DNA from: Desulfobacteraceae bacterium
GTDB lineage: Bacteria; Desulfobacterota; DSM-4660; Desulfatiglandales; B25-G16
Length of the DNA stretch: 64,000 nt
Assembly (NCBI GenBank): GCA_030615105.1
Contig: JAUWZV010000001.1
Location: 1,399 to 65,398, forward strand
Direction: 5' to 3'
Below the pieces are notes generated by a model. The model saw nothing but the letters and a program-made list of their open reading frames with translations. It was not told where the DNA came from and did no database searches. This document shows positions 36,748 through 45,259 of this stretch, one piece after another. Position numbers and translations under genes: made by a program. Numbering within the stretch: position 1 is the stretch's first letter; each line of letters begins with the position of its first letter.

Positions 36748-37038
36748 CCTATCAACAATCGGCAGAGGACCCCGGGCGTAAGCCCGGGGGTGAATGCCTT
36801 AATGAGCACGACCTTGATGTCTTTTCTTACGTTCCAAGGCTCCCGGCCTGGTCTTTTCAACGACTTATCTGCAGGGGAGTTTTGCCCCCTCCGCATTCCC
36901 CCGACAAGTCGGGGGCTGCGGTTTCCCCCGCTGATAAGTCGTGAAAAGGACGGCGGCCTCTCACCAGTCACTCAGAAAAAACATCAAGGCCTGCCATTGT
37001 CTCTAAGTGCCACGGGCGTAAGCCCGTGTGCATCTACT
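36748..37038 (+). repeat. 291-bp rod-hairpin repeat, copy 2
   Basis: Same orientation as 16504-16794, with 7 substitutions. It begins inside the mutase-4 reading frame. Confidence 0.85.
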
Positions 37039-37066
37039 GTCAGCGGTAAATGGTCCGTTAAAAAAA

Positions 37067-37094
37067 CAAATGACAAATGACAAATGACAAATGA
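37067..37094 (+). repeat. heptanucleotide tandem repeat (CAAATGA)x4
   Basis: Four perfect units at 37067, 37074, 37081 and 37088. They overlap the stop of the upstream ORF and the ATG (37084) of the TonB-like gene. Confidence 0.85.
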
Positions 37095-37690
37095 CAATTT
37101 TCATATAAATAGCTATCACTCAGAGTTAAAGAGAAAGCAGATTATCCCTATCACATTTCTTTTATCAATTATAATCCATGTAAGTGTAATTATAGCCTTT
37201 CAGGGTGTCTTCCCCATAGCAGGGTTCAGGAGCAAGCTAAGGGCCTATAAGGTAGATTTAATACGCCTTCCAGTTAAGGAGATTATGAAGAGTAGTAAAG
37301 AGTAAAGAAGAAAAACCTCCTGCCATCAGCCAAATTCATAGAAAACCACCTGTGGAACCCAGAGAGGCAACAATCTCCTTGGATACCAGGGATTCCACCT
37401 ATCACCCATATACTAAAGTGCTAAAGGAAAGGATACTTAATCATTGGATTTATCCATTATCTGCCCGGCAGAACTATATTCAGGGCACTCTTATGATAGT
37501 CTTCAGGCTGGAAAGAGGTGGTAGACTTATTGATTGCAACATGGCCCGCTCCTCAGGGCACGAAATCCTCGATACGCACGCCCTTAAGGCTATAAGCTTG
37601 GCAAGCCCTTTTCCACCATTTCCTGAAAATATAACGGTTCAATTCCTAAATATAAATGCGTCCTTTGCCTACCGGTTAAAATTTGAATAA
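37084..37690 (+). pseudogene. TonB-family protein interrupted by a 7-bp tandem duplication
   Basis: ORF 37084..37305 encodes an N-terminal TM segment (IIPITFLLSIIIHVSVIIAF). ORF 37352..37690 encodes a TonB C-terminal domain. AGTAAAG is duplicated at 37294-37300 and 37301-37307. Removing one copy gives the in-frame ...IMKSSKEEKPPAISQIHRKPPVEPREATISLD. Confidence 0.65.
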
Positions 37691-37834
37691 CCTTGATGTA
37701 TGCTTCTCTATTCCACAAAACCAAAATCTTGAATTTCCTGTTTTTTTATACCTTGATTGTCTTATTACTCCTTGATCTCAGCGCAGAATGGTGATACAAG
37801 CCTATCAACTTAAGAGACCGGAGGAAAATATCTA

Positions 37835-38017
37835 ATGCCTATTTACGAATATCTGTGCAATCAATGTGGTGAGATATCGGAGATAATAGTGGCCACGTTT
37901 CTGGAACTACCTGTTGTGGAAGAGGAGAACGCTGCGATACACCTCCCTGTACAAATGGAGGAATCTGCAGAAAAGATCAATAAAGGAGGACGATCAAGAA
38001 ATGTCAGTCGATTTTGA
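37835..38017 (+). CDS. possible FmdB-type zinc-ribbon protein (N-terminal motif only)
   Basis: MPIYEYLCNQCGE is the FmdB-family start, but no second CxxC follows in this frame. A +1 frame gives a Cys/Gly-rich tail. The reading frame is uncertain. Confidence 0.3.
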   Translation: MPIYEYLCNQCGEISEIIVATFLELPVVEEENAAIHLPVQMEESAEKINKGGRSRNVSRF

Positions 38018-38462
38018 TAAGGAAATGGAAGAGTTGCAGGCATCTATTATAGCAGATGCCAGGAAGGTATATTCAGAAGAGATGATCGAAAGGTGGCTTA
38101 GCCCAAAATATATAGGAGAAATGGAAAAGCCTCAGGGATGCGGAAAGGTTAAAGGACCTTGTGGAGATACCGTGAAGATTTTTCTTGATATCCATAATGA
38201 CAAGATCATTGATGCCCGGTTTATTACTGATGGATGTGCAACTACTATTGCTGCAGGCAGCATGGCCTGTGAACTTGCCATAGGAAAAAACATTAAGGAT
38301 GCATTTAAAATCAGCAATGAGGTAATTTTAAAAAATTTAGGCGGTCTGCCAGAAGATAATGTCCACTGCGCACTCCTGGCATCTAATACCTTAAAAGAGG
38401 CATTAACTGATTACCTTACATCCAAGAAGGAGCCCTGGAGGAGCCTTTACAAAAAACAGTAA
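38001..38462 (+). CDS. NifU/IscU N-terminal-domain Fe-S cluster scaffold-like protein
   Basis: Track ORF 37914. ATG 38001 follows an AAAGGAGGA RBS. GPCGDTVKIFL...FITDGCATTIAAGS...NVHCALLASNTLKEAL shows the three conserved Cys. Confidence 0.75.
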   Translation: MSVDFDKEMEELQASIIADARKVYSEEMIERWLSPKYIGEMEKPQGCGKVKGPCGDTVKIFLDIHNDKIIDARFITDGCATTIAAGSMACELAIGKNIKDAFKISNEVILKNLGGLPEDNVHCALLASNTLKEALTDYLTSKKEPWRSLYKKQ

Positions 38463-38495
38463 GGGTATGGAAGGGTACAAGGTTTAGTATAAAAA

Positions 38496-39866
38496 TTAAG
38501 CCCCTATTGTTTTTCGATACCTTATGCAATTTTTATTATTGTTATTATAATCCAGCAAAGATAGATACCCAATGTTCCTATAGGCCTTTTCTTTAGCACC
38601 TTCCAGGGTTGAATCCCCTGCAATTATATGCAATACTCTTCCACCGTCTGTTATAAGGCCTTTTTCCGGGTCTTCTCTTACGCCTGAAAAGTAGGTGGCA
38701 ATTCCCCTCTCTATCTTATCTAATCCAGCTACCATATGGCCTTTTCCATAGCGTCCTGGGTATCCCTTGTTCCAGCCCTTGCTTGCCTTTGAACGACCTT
38801 CCATGGCCACTATATCCACATAATACTGTTTATTCCAGACAGGGTTGATTTGATCCAAATTCCCTTCCCATACTGCCATGCCAATCTCGAATAGGTCTGT
38901 GCTTAATTTCCGGCAAAGCACCTCCCACTCAGGATCGCCATGTCTTACATTAATTTCAAAGACCTCTAAATTGTTGTAAGGGTCAAGATTTAGACCAAAG
39001 TATAAGACACCTTTATAATTCCATCCCAGGCCTAAATCACCCCTGTTGTAAATTGCATTCACTGTTGGGTTTAAAATCTCTTTTATAATCCTATTTACAA
39101 GCCATGGGGTCACAATTTTATGGGGCACATAACATCCTGTTCCACCTGTATTAAGATTTCCACCAAAACCCCTGATTGATTCCTCATCATCCGGATCAAA
39201 GGCCCTTTTGTAATCCTGGACAAACATTTTTAAAGGCAGCGCATGTTCACCATCCAGATAGACGAAAAAAGATATCTCTGTGCCATATTTTCTTTCTTCG
39301 ATAACAACCTTATCACCTGATTTTCCGAATATTTTTTCTACCATGATTTGGTCAATTGCGCTCTCGGCTTGTGTAGCATCATCACATCCTATTGCACCCT
39401 TTCCTGCCGCAAGGCCATTTGCCTTTACAAAAACCTGATAACCAATATTCCGGACATATCTTTTTGCATCTTCTGGATTATCAAAAACCCAGTATTCTGG
39501 TTTGGGTACTCCTATTTCCATTAAGATATTATCCGTAAATGCTCTGTCATTCTCTAATCTGACATATTCTTTTTTTGGCCCAATTGTTCTTATTCCTTTT
39601 TCATTCAGTATATCTACCAGACCTTCTTCAAGGGGGTTTTCTGAGCCTATATCAACGAGATCAACCTTGTTTTCCAGGCAAAATTTTGCTACCTCGTTGA
39701 AATCTCTTATATCCATACATTCTATCAATTTTCTCTTCCCCTTTAATGTATAAGACACTCCAGCATTGCCAGGAACAAAATAGACCTTTTCAACATGCTG
39801 ACTGTCTCCGTATTTATCAGCAAGGGAGTGGTCTCTGCCTCCAGTACCATATACAAGGACTTTCAT
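38496..39866 (-). CDS. purD: phosphoribosylamine--glycine ligase (PurD), divergent and slightly long
   Basis: MKVLVYGTGGRDHSLA...VYFVPGNAGV, VKANGLAAGKG, FEINVRHGDPE, TDGGRVLHI. These align by eye with E. coli PurD blocks. Confidence 0.75.
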   Translation of the reverse strand: MKVLVYGTGGRDHSLADKYGDSQHVEKVYFVPGNAGVSYTLKGKRKLIECMDIRDFNEVAKFCLENKVDLVDIGSENPLEEGLVDILNEKGIRTIGPKKEYVRLENDRAFTDNILMEIGVPKPEYWVFDNPEDAKRYVRNIGYQVFVKANGLAAGKGAIGCDDATQAESAIDQIMVEKIFGKSGDKVVIEERKYGTEISFFVYLDGEHALPLKMFVQDYKRAFDPDDEESIRGFGGNLNTGGTGCYVPHKIVTPWLVNRIIKEILNPTVNAIYNRGDLGLGWNYKGVLYFGLNLDPYNNLEVFEINVRHGDPEWEVLCRKLSTDLFEIGMAVWEGNLDQINPVWNKQYYVDIVAMEGRSKASKGWNKGYPGRYGKGHMVAGLDKIERGIATYFSGVREDPEKGLITDGGRVLHIIAGDSTLEGAKEKAYRNIGYLSLLDYNNNNKNCIRYRKTIGA

Positions 39867-40115
39867 TTCTTCCTCCCTTGAAGGTTAATGTAAAGGTGCT
39901 GACTTATATGTGGATAGGGGGTGAGTGTTAAAATTTGATTGCGGGAGTATATTGGGATTGCCAGGGGATGTCAACATTAATTGCTTGAGTACGGAGCCTA
40001 TTTAAACTTGTCTTTTTTTATATTTTGTTATATTTTTTCAAATTTAATAGGCAAGTAAGAGCTTATAGAGCTTATTTCACTTCGCTTATCCCCGCGCTTG
40101 CATGGGGAGAGGAGT

Positions 40116-40249
40116 GGCCTGCCCTCCCCGTCCCGAGGCCGGTACGGGATCGGGAGGCGCGACTTGCACGGAATATGCTTCTGTAGCTGTAATATTTCAG
40201 GAGCTGAGTTCGTAAAAATCTGGCTTTACAAGTAAGGTCTGGGCCAGGG
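40116..40249 (+). repeat. GCCCTGG...CCAGGG module (family R2), copy with an internal hairpin insertion
   Basis: Starts GGCCTGCCCT and ends AGGTCTGGGCCAGGG. The interior shares CTGTAATATTTC with other copies. Confidence 0.55.
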
Positions 40250-40278
40250 AATGATGGGAAAAATTGTTATCCGTTAAC

Positions 40279-40697
40279 GGTTATTTGTTATTCGAGTAAC
40301 GAACATGCTCAATAAAGTGTGGAAAATGTAGGGTCGGCCTGCCCTGGCGCGAATTGCCTGAAACCTGCTGTCGTCACTGTAATATTTCGCAAACAGAAGT
40401 CGTAGAAATCAAACATTGTAAATCAGGTCTGGGCCAGGGGTTTTATACCCGACCTTAAAAAGGTGGCCCGCCACTGAACTTTGGCGGACCACCCTACATT
40501 TGTATGTTGGTTCAGTTTTTATAACAGACAATAAGTCCAAAGGATATCGAGCAGTTACCGAATAACTAATAGAAGGATTCCTAAATACGCTTGTAGTAGA
40601 AAAAGTCATTGCGATTCTCACGAATGCGGGACTCGCAATGACGGATAGAATAGAATATTATTTTGGAAGTGGACTACTAATAACGAATAACAAATAA
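40279..40697. repeat. nested inverted-repeat composite (contains an R2 module at 40336-40440 and a GTCATTGCGA...TCGCAATGAC hairpin)
   Basis: Outer inverted repeat GTTATTTGTTATTCG (40279-40294 / 40683-40697). The inner 40301-40565 is homologous to 57226-57536. AAATGTAGGGT pairs with ACCCTACATTT. Confidence 0.6.
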
Positions 40698-40720
40698 CAT
40701 AAATAGACTTTTCTATTAAA

Positions 40721-41197
40721 ATGAAGATTGGAGTTATTTCAGATACCCACCTAAAAAATGTGAATCCCCAGCTAATGGATATTTATCAGGATTATTTCTC
40801 TGATGTGGATATGATTATCCATGCGGGAGATCTTGTTTCCATAGAAATAGTTGATTTTTTAAGCCAGAAGCCCCTCCATGTAGTTCAGGGGAATATGGAC
40901 AGTTTGGATATAAAAGGGAGGTTTCCTAAAAAAAAGATAATAGAGGCAGGCGATTTCCGCTTGGGATTGATCCATGGATGGGGGTCCCCGTTTGGACTAG
41001 AAAGGAGGATAAGATCTGAGTTTAATGATGTCCATGTCATTATTTACGGCCATTCTCACAGGCCGGCTAATCACATTAATAAGGGAATTATTCTTTTTAA
41101 TCCAGGAAGTGCTACTGGTTTCAGTATCTCTGGATCCCATTCGATTGGGATCTTGGATATAAGGGACACAGTAAAGGGTAATATAATTACACTTTGA
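40721..41197 (+). CDS. YfcE/MJ0936-family metallophosphoesterase
   Basis: ISDTHL, HAGD, GNMD, IHGW and GHSH metal-ligand motifs in 158 aa. Confidence 0.8.
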   Translation: MKIGVISDTHLKNVNPQLMDIYQDYFSDVDMIIHAGDLVSIEIVDFLSQKPLHVVQGNMDSLDIKGRFPKKKIIEAGDFRLGLIHGWGSPFGLERRIRSEFNDVHVIIYGHSHRPANHINKGIILFNPGSATGFSISGSHSIGILDIRDTVKGNIITL

Positions 41198-41206
41198 GGT
41201 TAAATA

Positions 41207-41686
41207 ATGAAGGTTCTTTGGGCGCCATGGCGGATGGAATATGTAAGTTCTGATAATAACGAAGGGGAATGTATATTTTGTACAGGTGATGAAAGGAGTC
41301 AGGATGAAAGGAGGTTAATTTTATTTATTGGAAACCGTAGCATTGTTCTTATGAACAGGTTTCCTTATATAAATGGCCATCTTTTGATAGCCCCATTGCG
41401 ACATGTTTCCACTTTAAATGCCCTATCACCAGAGGAGAAACTCGACCTAATAACAATGGTTGAGAAATCCATTGGGGTTTTAAAGGAGGTTATGAATCCA
41501 GAGGGATTTAATGTAGGTTTAAACCTGGGAAAGATAGCAGGGGCCGGAGTTGAGGATCATATCCATTTCCATGTTGTTCCTCGGTGGAACGGGGATACTA
41601 ATTACATGACTGTATTTGGAGAAGTAAGGGTCATTCCGGAACATATTCAGGCGACTTATCGAAAATTGTTACCTTTTTTCAAATAA
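41207..41686 (+). CDS. HIT-family protein
   Basis: Histidine triad HIHFHVVPRW; C.FC motif near the N-terminus. Confidence 0.8.
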   Translation: MKVLWAPWRMEYVSSDNNEGECIFCTGDERSQDERRLILFIGNRSIVLMNRFPYINGHLLIAPLRHVSTLNALSPEEKLDLITMVEKSIGVLKEVMNPEGFNVGLNLGKIAGAGVEDHIHFHVVPRWNGDTNYMTVFGEVRVIPEHIQATYRKLLPFFK

Positions 41687-41730
41687 TTTTAGACACGATA
41701 AAGTGTTTTTAAAGAATTTAGGAGGATGTT

Positions 41731-42084
41731 ATGAAACATATAAAGGCTATTATAAGTATATTAGTGATGTTGCTGATCGTAATACTTATTGTTGAGAACC
41801 TTGGAGAGTTATCCAAGACATTGACCCTTAAAGTAGATTTACTTTTTTGGGACTGTAAAACCCCACCAATGCAATTCTATTTGGTTATTATAATAGTGTT
41901 TCTGCTTGGTATTCTTATAGCCGGTTTTTACGGTATAGTTGAACGCTTTAAATTAAAGAAGGAGATAAGGATAATTTCAAAGGCCAATAGGGAGAAAGAC
42001 AAGGAACTGAACTCTTTTAGAAACCTACCTATTGTTGAAAGTAAGATAGAGGATAAAGGGCCAGCAGGAGGAGATCAGGATTAG
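41731..42084 (+). CDS. LapA-like (DUF1049) inner-membrane protein
   Basis: Two TM segments plus a coiled C-tail, directly upstream of lapB. Confidence 0.55.
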   Translation: MKHIKAIISILVMLLIVILIVENLGELSKTLTLKVDLLFWDCKTPPMQFYLVIIIVFLLGILIAGFYGIVERFKLKKEIRIISKANREKDKELNSFRNLPIVESKIEDKGPAGGDQD

Positions 42085-42121
42085 GGTCTGATTGGCGGGA
42101 AGAGATTAGGTTACCTTCAGG

Positions 42122-43324
42122 ATGTGGGAAGAAATCAAATATTGGTTTTTTGATCTACAGGGTTTTGGGTTTGGCATCTGGTTGATTTTTGCCTTTGTAG
42201 CCGGTCTACTTGTAGATAGGTTTATTAGGTCCAGGGGTGCTAAAAAGCTTAGGAGAAAGCTGGATAAGGGAGATAAGGCCTTCTTTAAGGGTATTCAATA
42301 CATACTTTCCAATGAGCCAGATCAAGCAATTGAACAATTCACAAAGTCGGTTCAGATTAACTCAGATACAATTGAAACCTATGTTGCTTTGGGTAATCTT
42401 TATAGATCTAAGGGTGATATTGAGAGGGCTATAAGGATAAGACAGGGAATAATTTTAAGACCCAGTCTGGACAAAAAGATAAGGTTTAGGGCAATTTTTG
42501 ATCTCGGTTTAGATTACAGGAAGGGTGGTTTTTTAAATCGTGCTCTATCAGCCTTTCAGGAGGTTCTGGAAAGTGACCCGAACAATATTGAGGCCCTTGA
42601 GCAGATCGAGCGAATTTATGAAGATGTCTATGATTGGGAAAAGGCCTTTAAAACTCGGCAGGCTATCTCAAGGCTTGTAAAAGGGGATCACCGGCATATC
42701 CTGGCCCACCACCAAACAGAGCTTGGGAAGCAGCAAGAGAAGAATGGTGATATTTTAAGGGCTGAGAAATCTTACAAAAAGGCCATCTCTATCTTTGATA
42801 AATGCGTTGATGTCTATCTTCATTTAGGCGATCTTTATTTTAGTCAGAAAGAGCACAAAAAGGCTTTATCTACATGGAGGAGGGTAATTGATGTGGCACC
42901 TCAGTTTACTTTTCTTGCCTATCAAAGGCTGGAAACGGCTTACTCAAGGATGAAAAACCTTAAGCCTGTAGAAGATTTTTTACGAGAGTCTGTCAGAAAA
43001 AATTCTGATGGCTTTACCCATTTAGCCCTGGCCAGATTCCTCTTCAGCAAGGGAGAGATAGATTCTGCCCTGGATGAATTGAATCAGGCTATTAAATTAG
43101 ATCCCTCCTTTTTTGATGCCAGGAAATTTATGGGGGAGATACTTTTAGAAGAAGGCAGAAATGAAGATGCCTTAGAGGCCTATAAAGATCTTCTCTTATC
43201 CACCGTAGGTGAGCCTTATTTAAAATTTCAATGTAGCAATTGTGGATACAGACCAGACAAACTTGTCTGGAAGTGCCCACAGTGCCTGAAATGGGATTCA
43301 ATAAATACTATAGAGCCACCCTGA
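42122..43324 (+). CDS. lapB: lipopolysaccharide assembly protein LapB (YciM)
   Basis: N-terminal TM, TPR repeats, and a C-terminal rubredoxin-like CSNCGYRPDKLVWKCPQCLKWDS. Confidence 0.8.
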   Translation: MWEEIKYWFFDLQGFGFGIWLIFAFVAGLLVDRFIRSRGAKKLRRKLDKGDKAFFKGIQYILSNEPDQAIEQFTKSVQINSDTIETYVALGNLYRSKGDIERAIRIRQGIILRPSLDKKIRFRAIFDLGLDYRKGGFLNRALSAFQEVLESDPNNIEALEQIERIYEDVYDWEKAFKTRQAISRLVKGDHRHILAHHQTELGKQQEKNGDILRAEKSYKKAISIFDKCVDVYLHLGDLYFSQKEHKKALSTWRRVIDVAPQFTFLAYQRLETAYSRMKNLKPVEDFLRESVRKNSDGFTHLALARFLFSKGEIDSALDELNQAIKLDPSFFDARKFMGEILLEEGRNEDALEAYKDLLLSTVGEPYLKFQCSNCGYRPDKLVWKCPQCLKWDSINTIEPP

Positions 43325-43396
43325 TTTATCTAATGGTAATGTGCCTTCTTAAATCTCTGCATTTCCCTTCTTTTATTGTAATTACTCAGGTATCTT

Positions 43397-43739
43397 GCCA
43401 CAAAGGCACCAAGACCCGCCCGCCTCGCCTAAGGCGAAGCCGATGGCGGGCAGGCAACAAGATTATAGAATTATTCTTTATAATAGCCTTTTTAATGCGC
43501 CTCAGGCGCATTAATGCGTGGCACATTGAAATTAATGAGCCTAAGGCTCATTAATAAGAAAACTCCGTTATTCAATTTATATTCATCTTCCCCGCCTGCC
43601 GTCCGTCGGGCAGGTCTTTGGGTCCCTGGCCCAGACCTGGCTTGTAATGAATTTATATATAGAATTCATCTGATAAATAATGCAGCGCCCATATGATATT
43701 CAAGCACTTGCGCCAAGGCGGGCTTTGTGCCTTGGTGGC
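43397..43739. repeat. repeat nest between lapB and gap
   Basis: Flanked by GCCACAAAGGCACCAAG (43397-43413) and CTTTGTGCCTTGGTGGC (43723-43739). It contains the R1 palindrome 43415-43455, hairpins TAATGCGCCTCAGGCGCATTA and TTAATGAGCCTAAGGCTCATTAA, and the R2 module 43624-43723 (reverse). Confidence 0.55.
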
Positions 43740-43756
43740 TGAATAGTTACGTCCTG

Positions 43757-44764
43757 TTAATCTAAGCTTTTTGCAATGTATACAGCAAGATCTACAAGCC
43801 TGTTTGCATAGCCGAATTCATTATCATACCACCCAAGAACCTTTACCATATCATCCCCTATAGTCATTGTTGATAGGGCATCCACAACAGTGGAGGCAGT
43901 AATTCCATTGAAATCAATGGAAACAAGTGGCTCATCAGAATATTCAAGAATACCCTTCATGCTACCCTTAGAGGCCTCTTCAAAGGCCCTATTTACCTCT
44001 TGAGCAGTGGCAGGTCTACTTAGCTGGACAACAAGATCGGTTAAAGATACATTGGGTGTGGGAACCCTTAAGGCCATCCCATTCATCTTGCCAGCCAGTT
44101 CAGGAATAACCAGGGAAACTGCCTTTGCCGCTCCTGTAGTTGTAGGGATCATGGAAACAGATGCTGCTCTGGCCCTTCTGAGGTCCTTGTGGGGAAAATC
44201 GAGAAGCCTCTGATCTGTAGTATAAGAATGTATTGTTGTCATAAGGCCTTTTTCAATCCCAAAACTGTCTAACAAAACCTTACAGATCGGGGCCAGACTA
44301 TTTGTCGTACATGATGCATTTGAAATGATATCATGATTCTTTGGATCGTACTGTTTATGATTGACCCCGATTACCAGGGTTATATCAGGATCTGTGGCTG
44401 GAGCCGAAATGATAACCTTTTTAGCCCCAGCATCTAAATGCTTAGAGGCCTGGGACCTGTCTCTGAAAAGTCCTGTAGACTCGAGAACTATATCTACACC
44501 AAGATCCTTCCAGGGAAGCTTACCAGGGTCCTTTTCCGAGATAACTCTTATCCTCTTTCCATTAACTATAATATTATTCTCATCTACTTTAATTTCAGCC
44601 TTGAGTACTCCATGAACTGAATCATATTTAAGAAGATGGGCAAGGGTATTAGGATCTGTAAGGTCATTTAGGGCTAAGAATTCAATATCATCCCTTGTGT
44701 ATGCTGCACGGAGAACCATTCTGCCTATACGCCCAAAACCATTAATCCCTACCTTTACTGTCAT
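43757..44764 (-). CDS. gap: type I glyceraldehyde-3-phosphate dehydrogenase
   Basis: MTVKVGINGFGRIGR; SNASCTTNSLAP active site; WYDNEFGY. Confidence 0.95.
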   Translation of the reverse strand: MTVKVGINGFGRIGRMVLRAAYTRDDIEFLALNDLTDPNTLAHLLKYDSVHGVLKAEIKVDENNIIVNGKRIRVISEKDPGKLPWKDLGVDIVLESTGLFRDRSQASKHLDAGAKKVIISAPATDPDITLVIGVNHKQYDPKNHDIISNASCTTNSLAPICKVLLDSFGIEKGLMTTIHSYTTDQRLLDFPHKDLRRARAASVSMIPTTTGAAKAVSLVIPELAGKMNGMALRVPTPNVSLTDLVVQLSRPATAQEVNRAFEEASKGSMKGILEYSDEPLVSIDFNGITASTVVDALSTMTIGDDMVKVLGWYDNEFGYANRLVDLAVYIAKSLD

Positions 44765-44840
44765 GACTGCCTCCTCTTTATAGTATGCAGTAAAAAGTAA
44801 GCAGTATATAGTGCCTGCTCCTTACTGTATACTGCCTACT

Positions 44841-45251
44841 TTATTTCTCTTGTGTTGGTGTAAGTAGCTCGCTCGCCAGAGAAATGCTTCTTTTTCCTGC
44901 GGTCTTTGCCATATCTGCTATTTCTGCTAAGCTGTGTCCTTCCCTATGATGGGCAATGGCTATTACCATAGGTAAATTTATGCCTGTTACGATCTCAACT
45001 ATGTTTTTTTGAAGAAAAGACAGGGCCAGATTTGATGGTGTCCCTCCAAACATGTCTGTCATAACAAGAACACCTTGCCCTTGATTCAGAGAGTCTATTT
45101 TTTTCTCGATCATATCTCTTAATTTTTTGGAATCCTTCATGGCATCAATGGAAATGCACTCAACAGACTCCACAGCCCCCACAATAAATTCGGCTGCCTC
45201 GAGGAGTTCTTTTGCTAACTGCCCGTGAGTTATAATAAGCAAACCGATCAT
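44841..45251 (-). CDS. PTS EIIA component, mannose/fructose family
   Basis: MIGLLIITHGQLAKELLEAAEFIVG N-terminus with the phosphorylatable His. 136 aa. Confidence 0.75.
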   Translation of the reverse strand: MIGLLIITHGQLAKELLEAAEFIVGAVESVECISIDAMKDSKKLRDMIEKKIDSLNQGQGVLVMTDMFGGTPSNLALSFLQKNIVEIVTGINLPMVIAIAHHREGHSLAEIADMAKTAGKRSISLASELLTPTQEK

Positions 45252-45259
45252 TAAAAAAG

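Noticed and set aside
16504-37038. 291-bp repeats as a DGR template/variable repeat pair
   Set aside because: The seven differences are not adenine-specific, no reverse transcriptase is nearby, and the repeats are not within a target gene C-terminus of the usual type.
37835-38017. Frameshift in the FmdB-like gene (the +1 frame gives ..GHVSGTTCCGRGERCDTPPCTNGGICRKDQ)
   Set aside because: Neither frame supplies the canonical second CxxC, so I cannot decide which frame, if any, is real. I kept it only as a low-confidence CDS.
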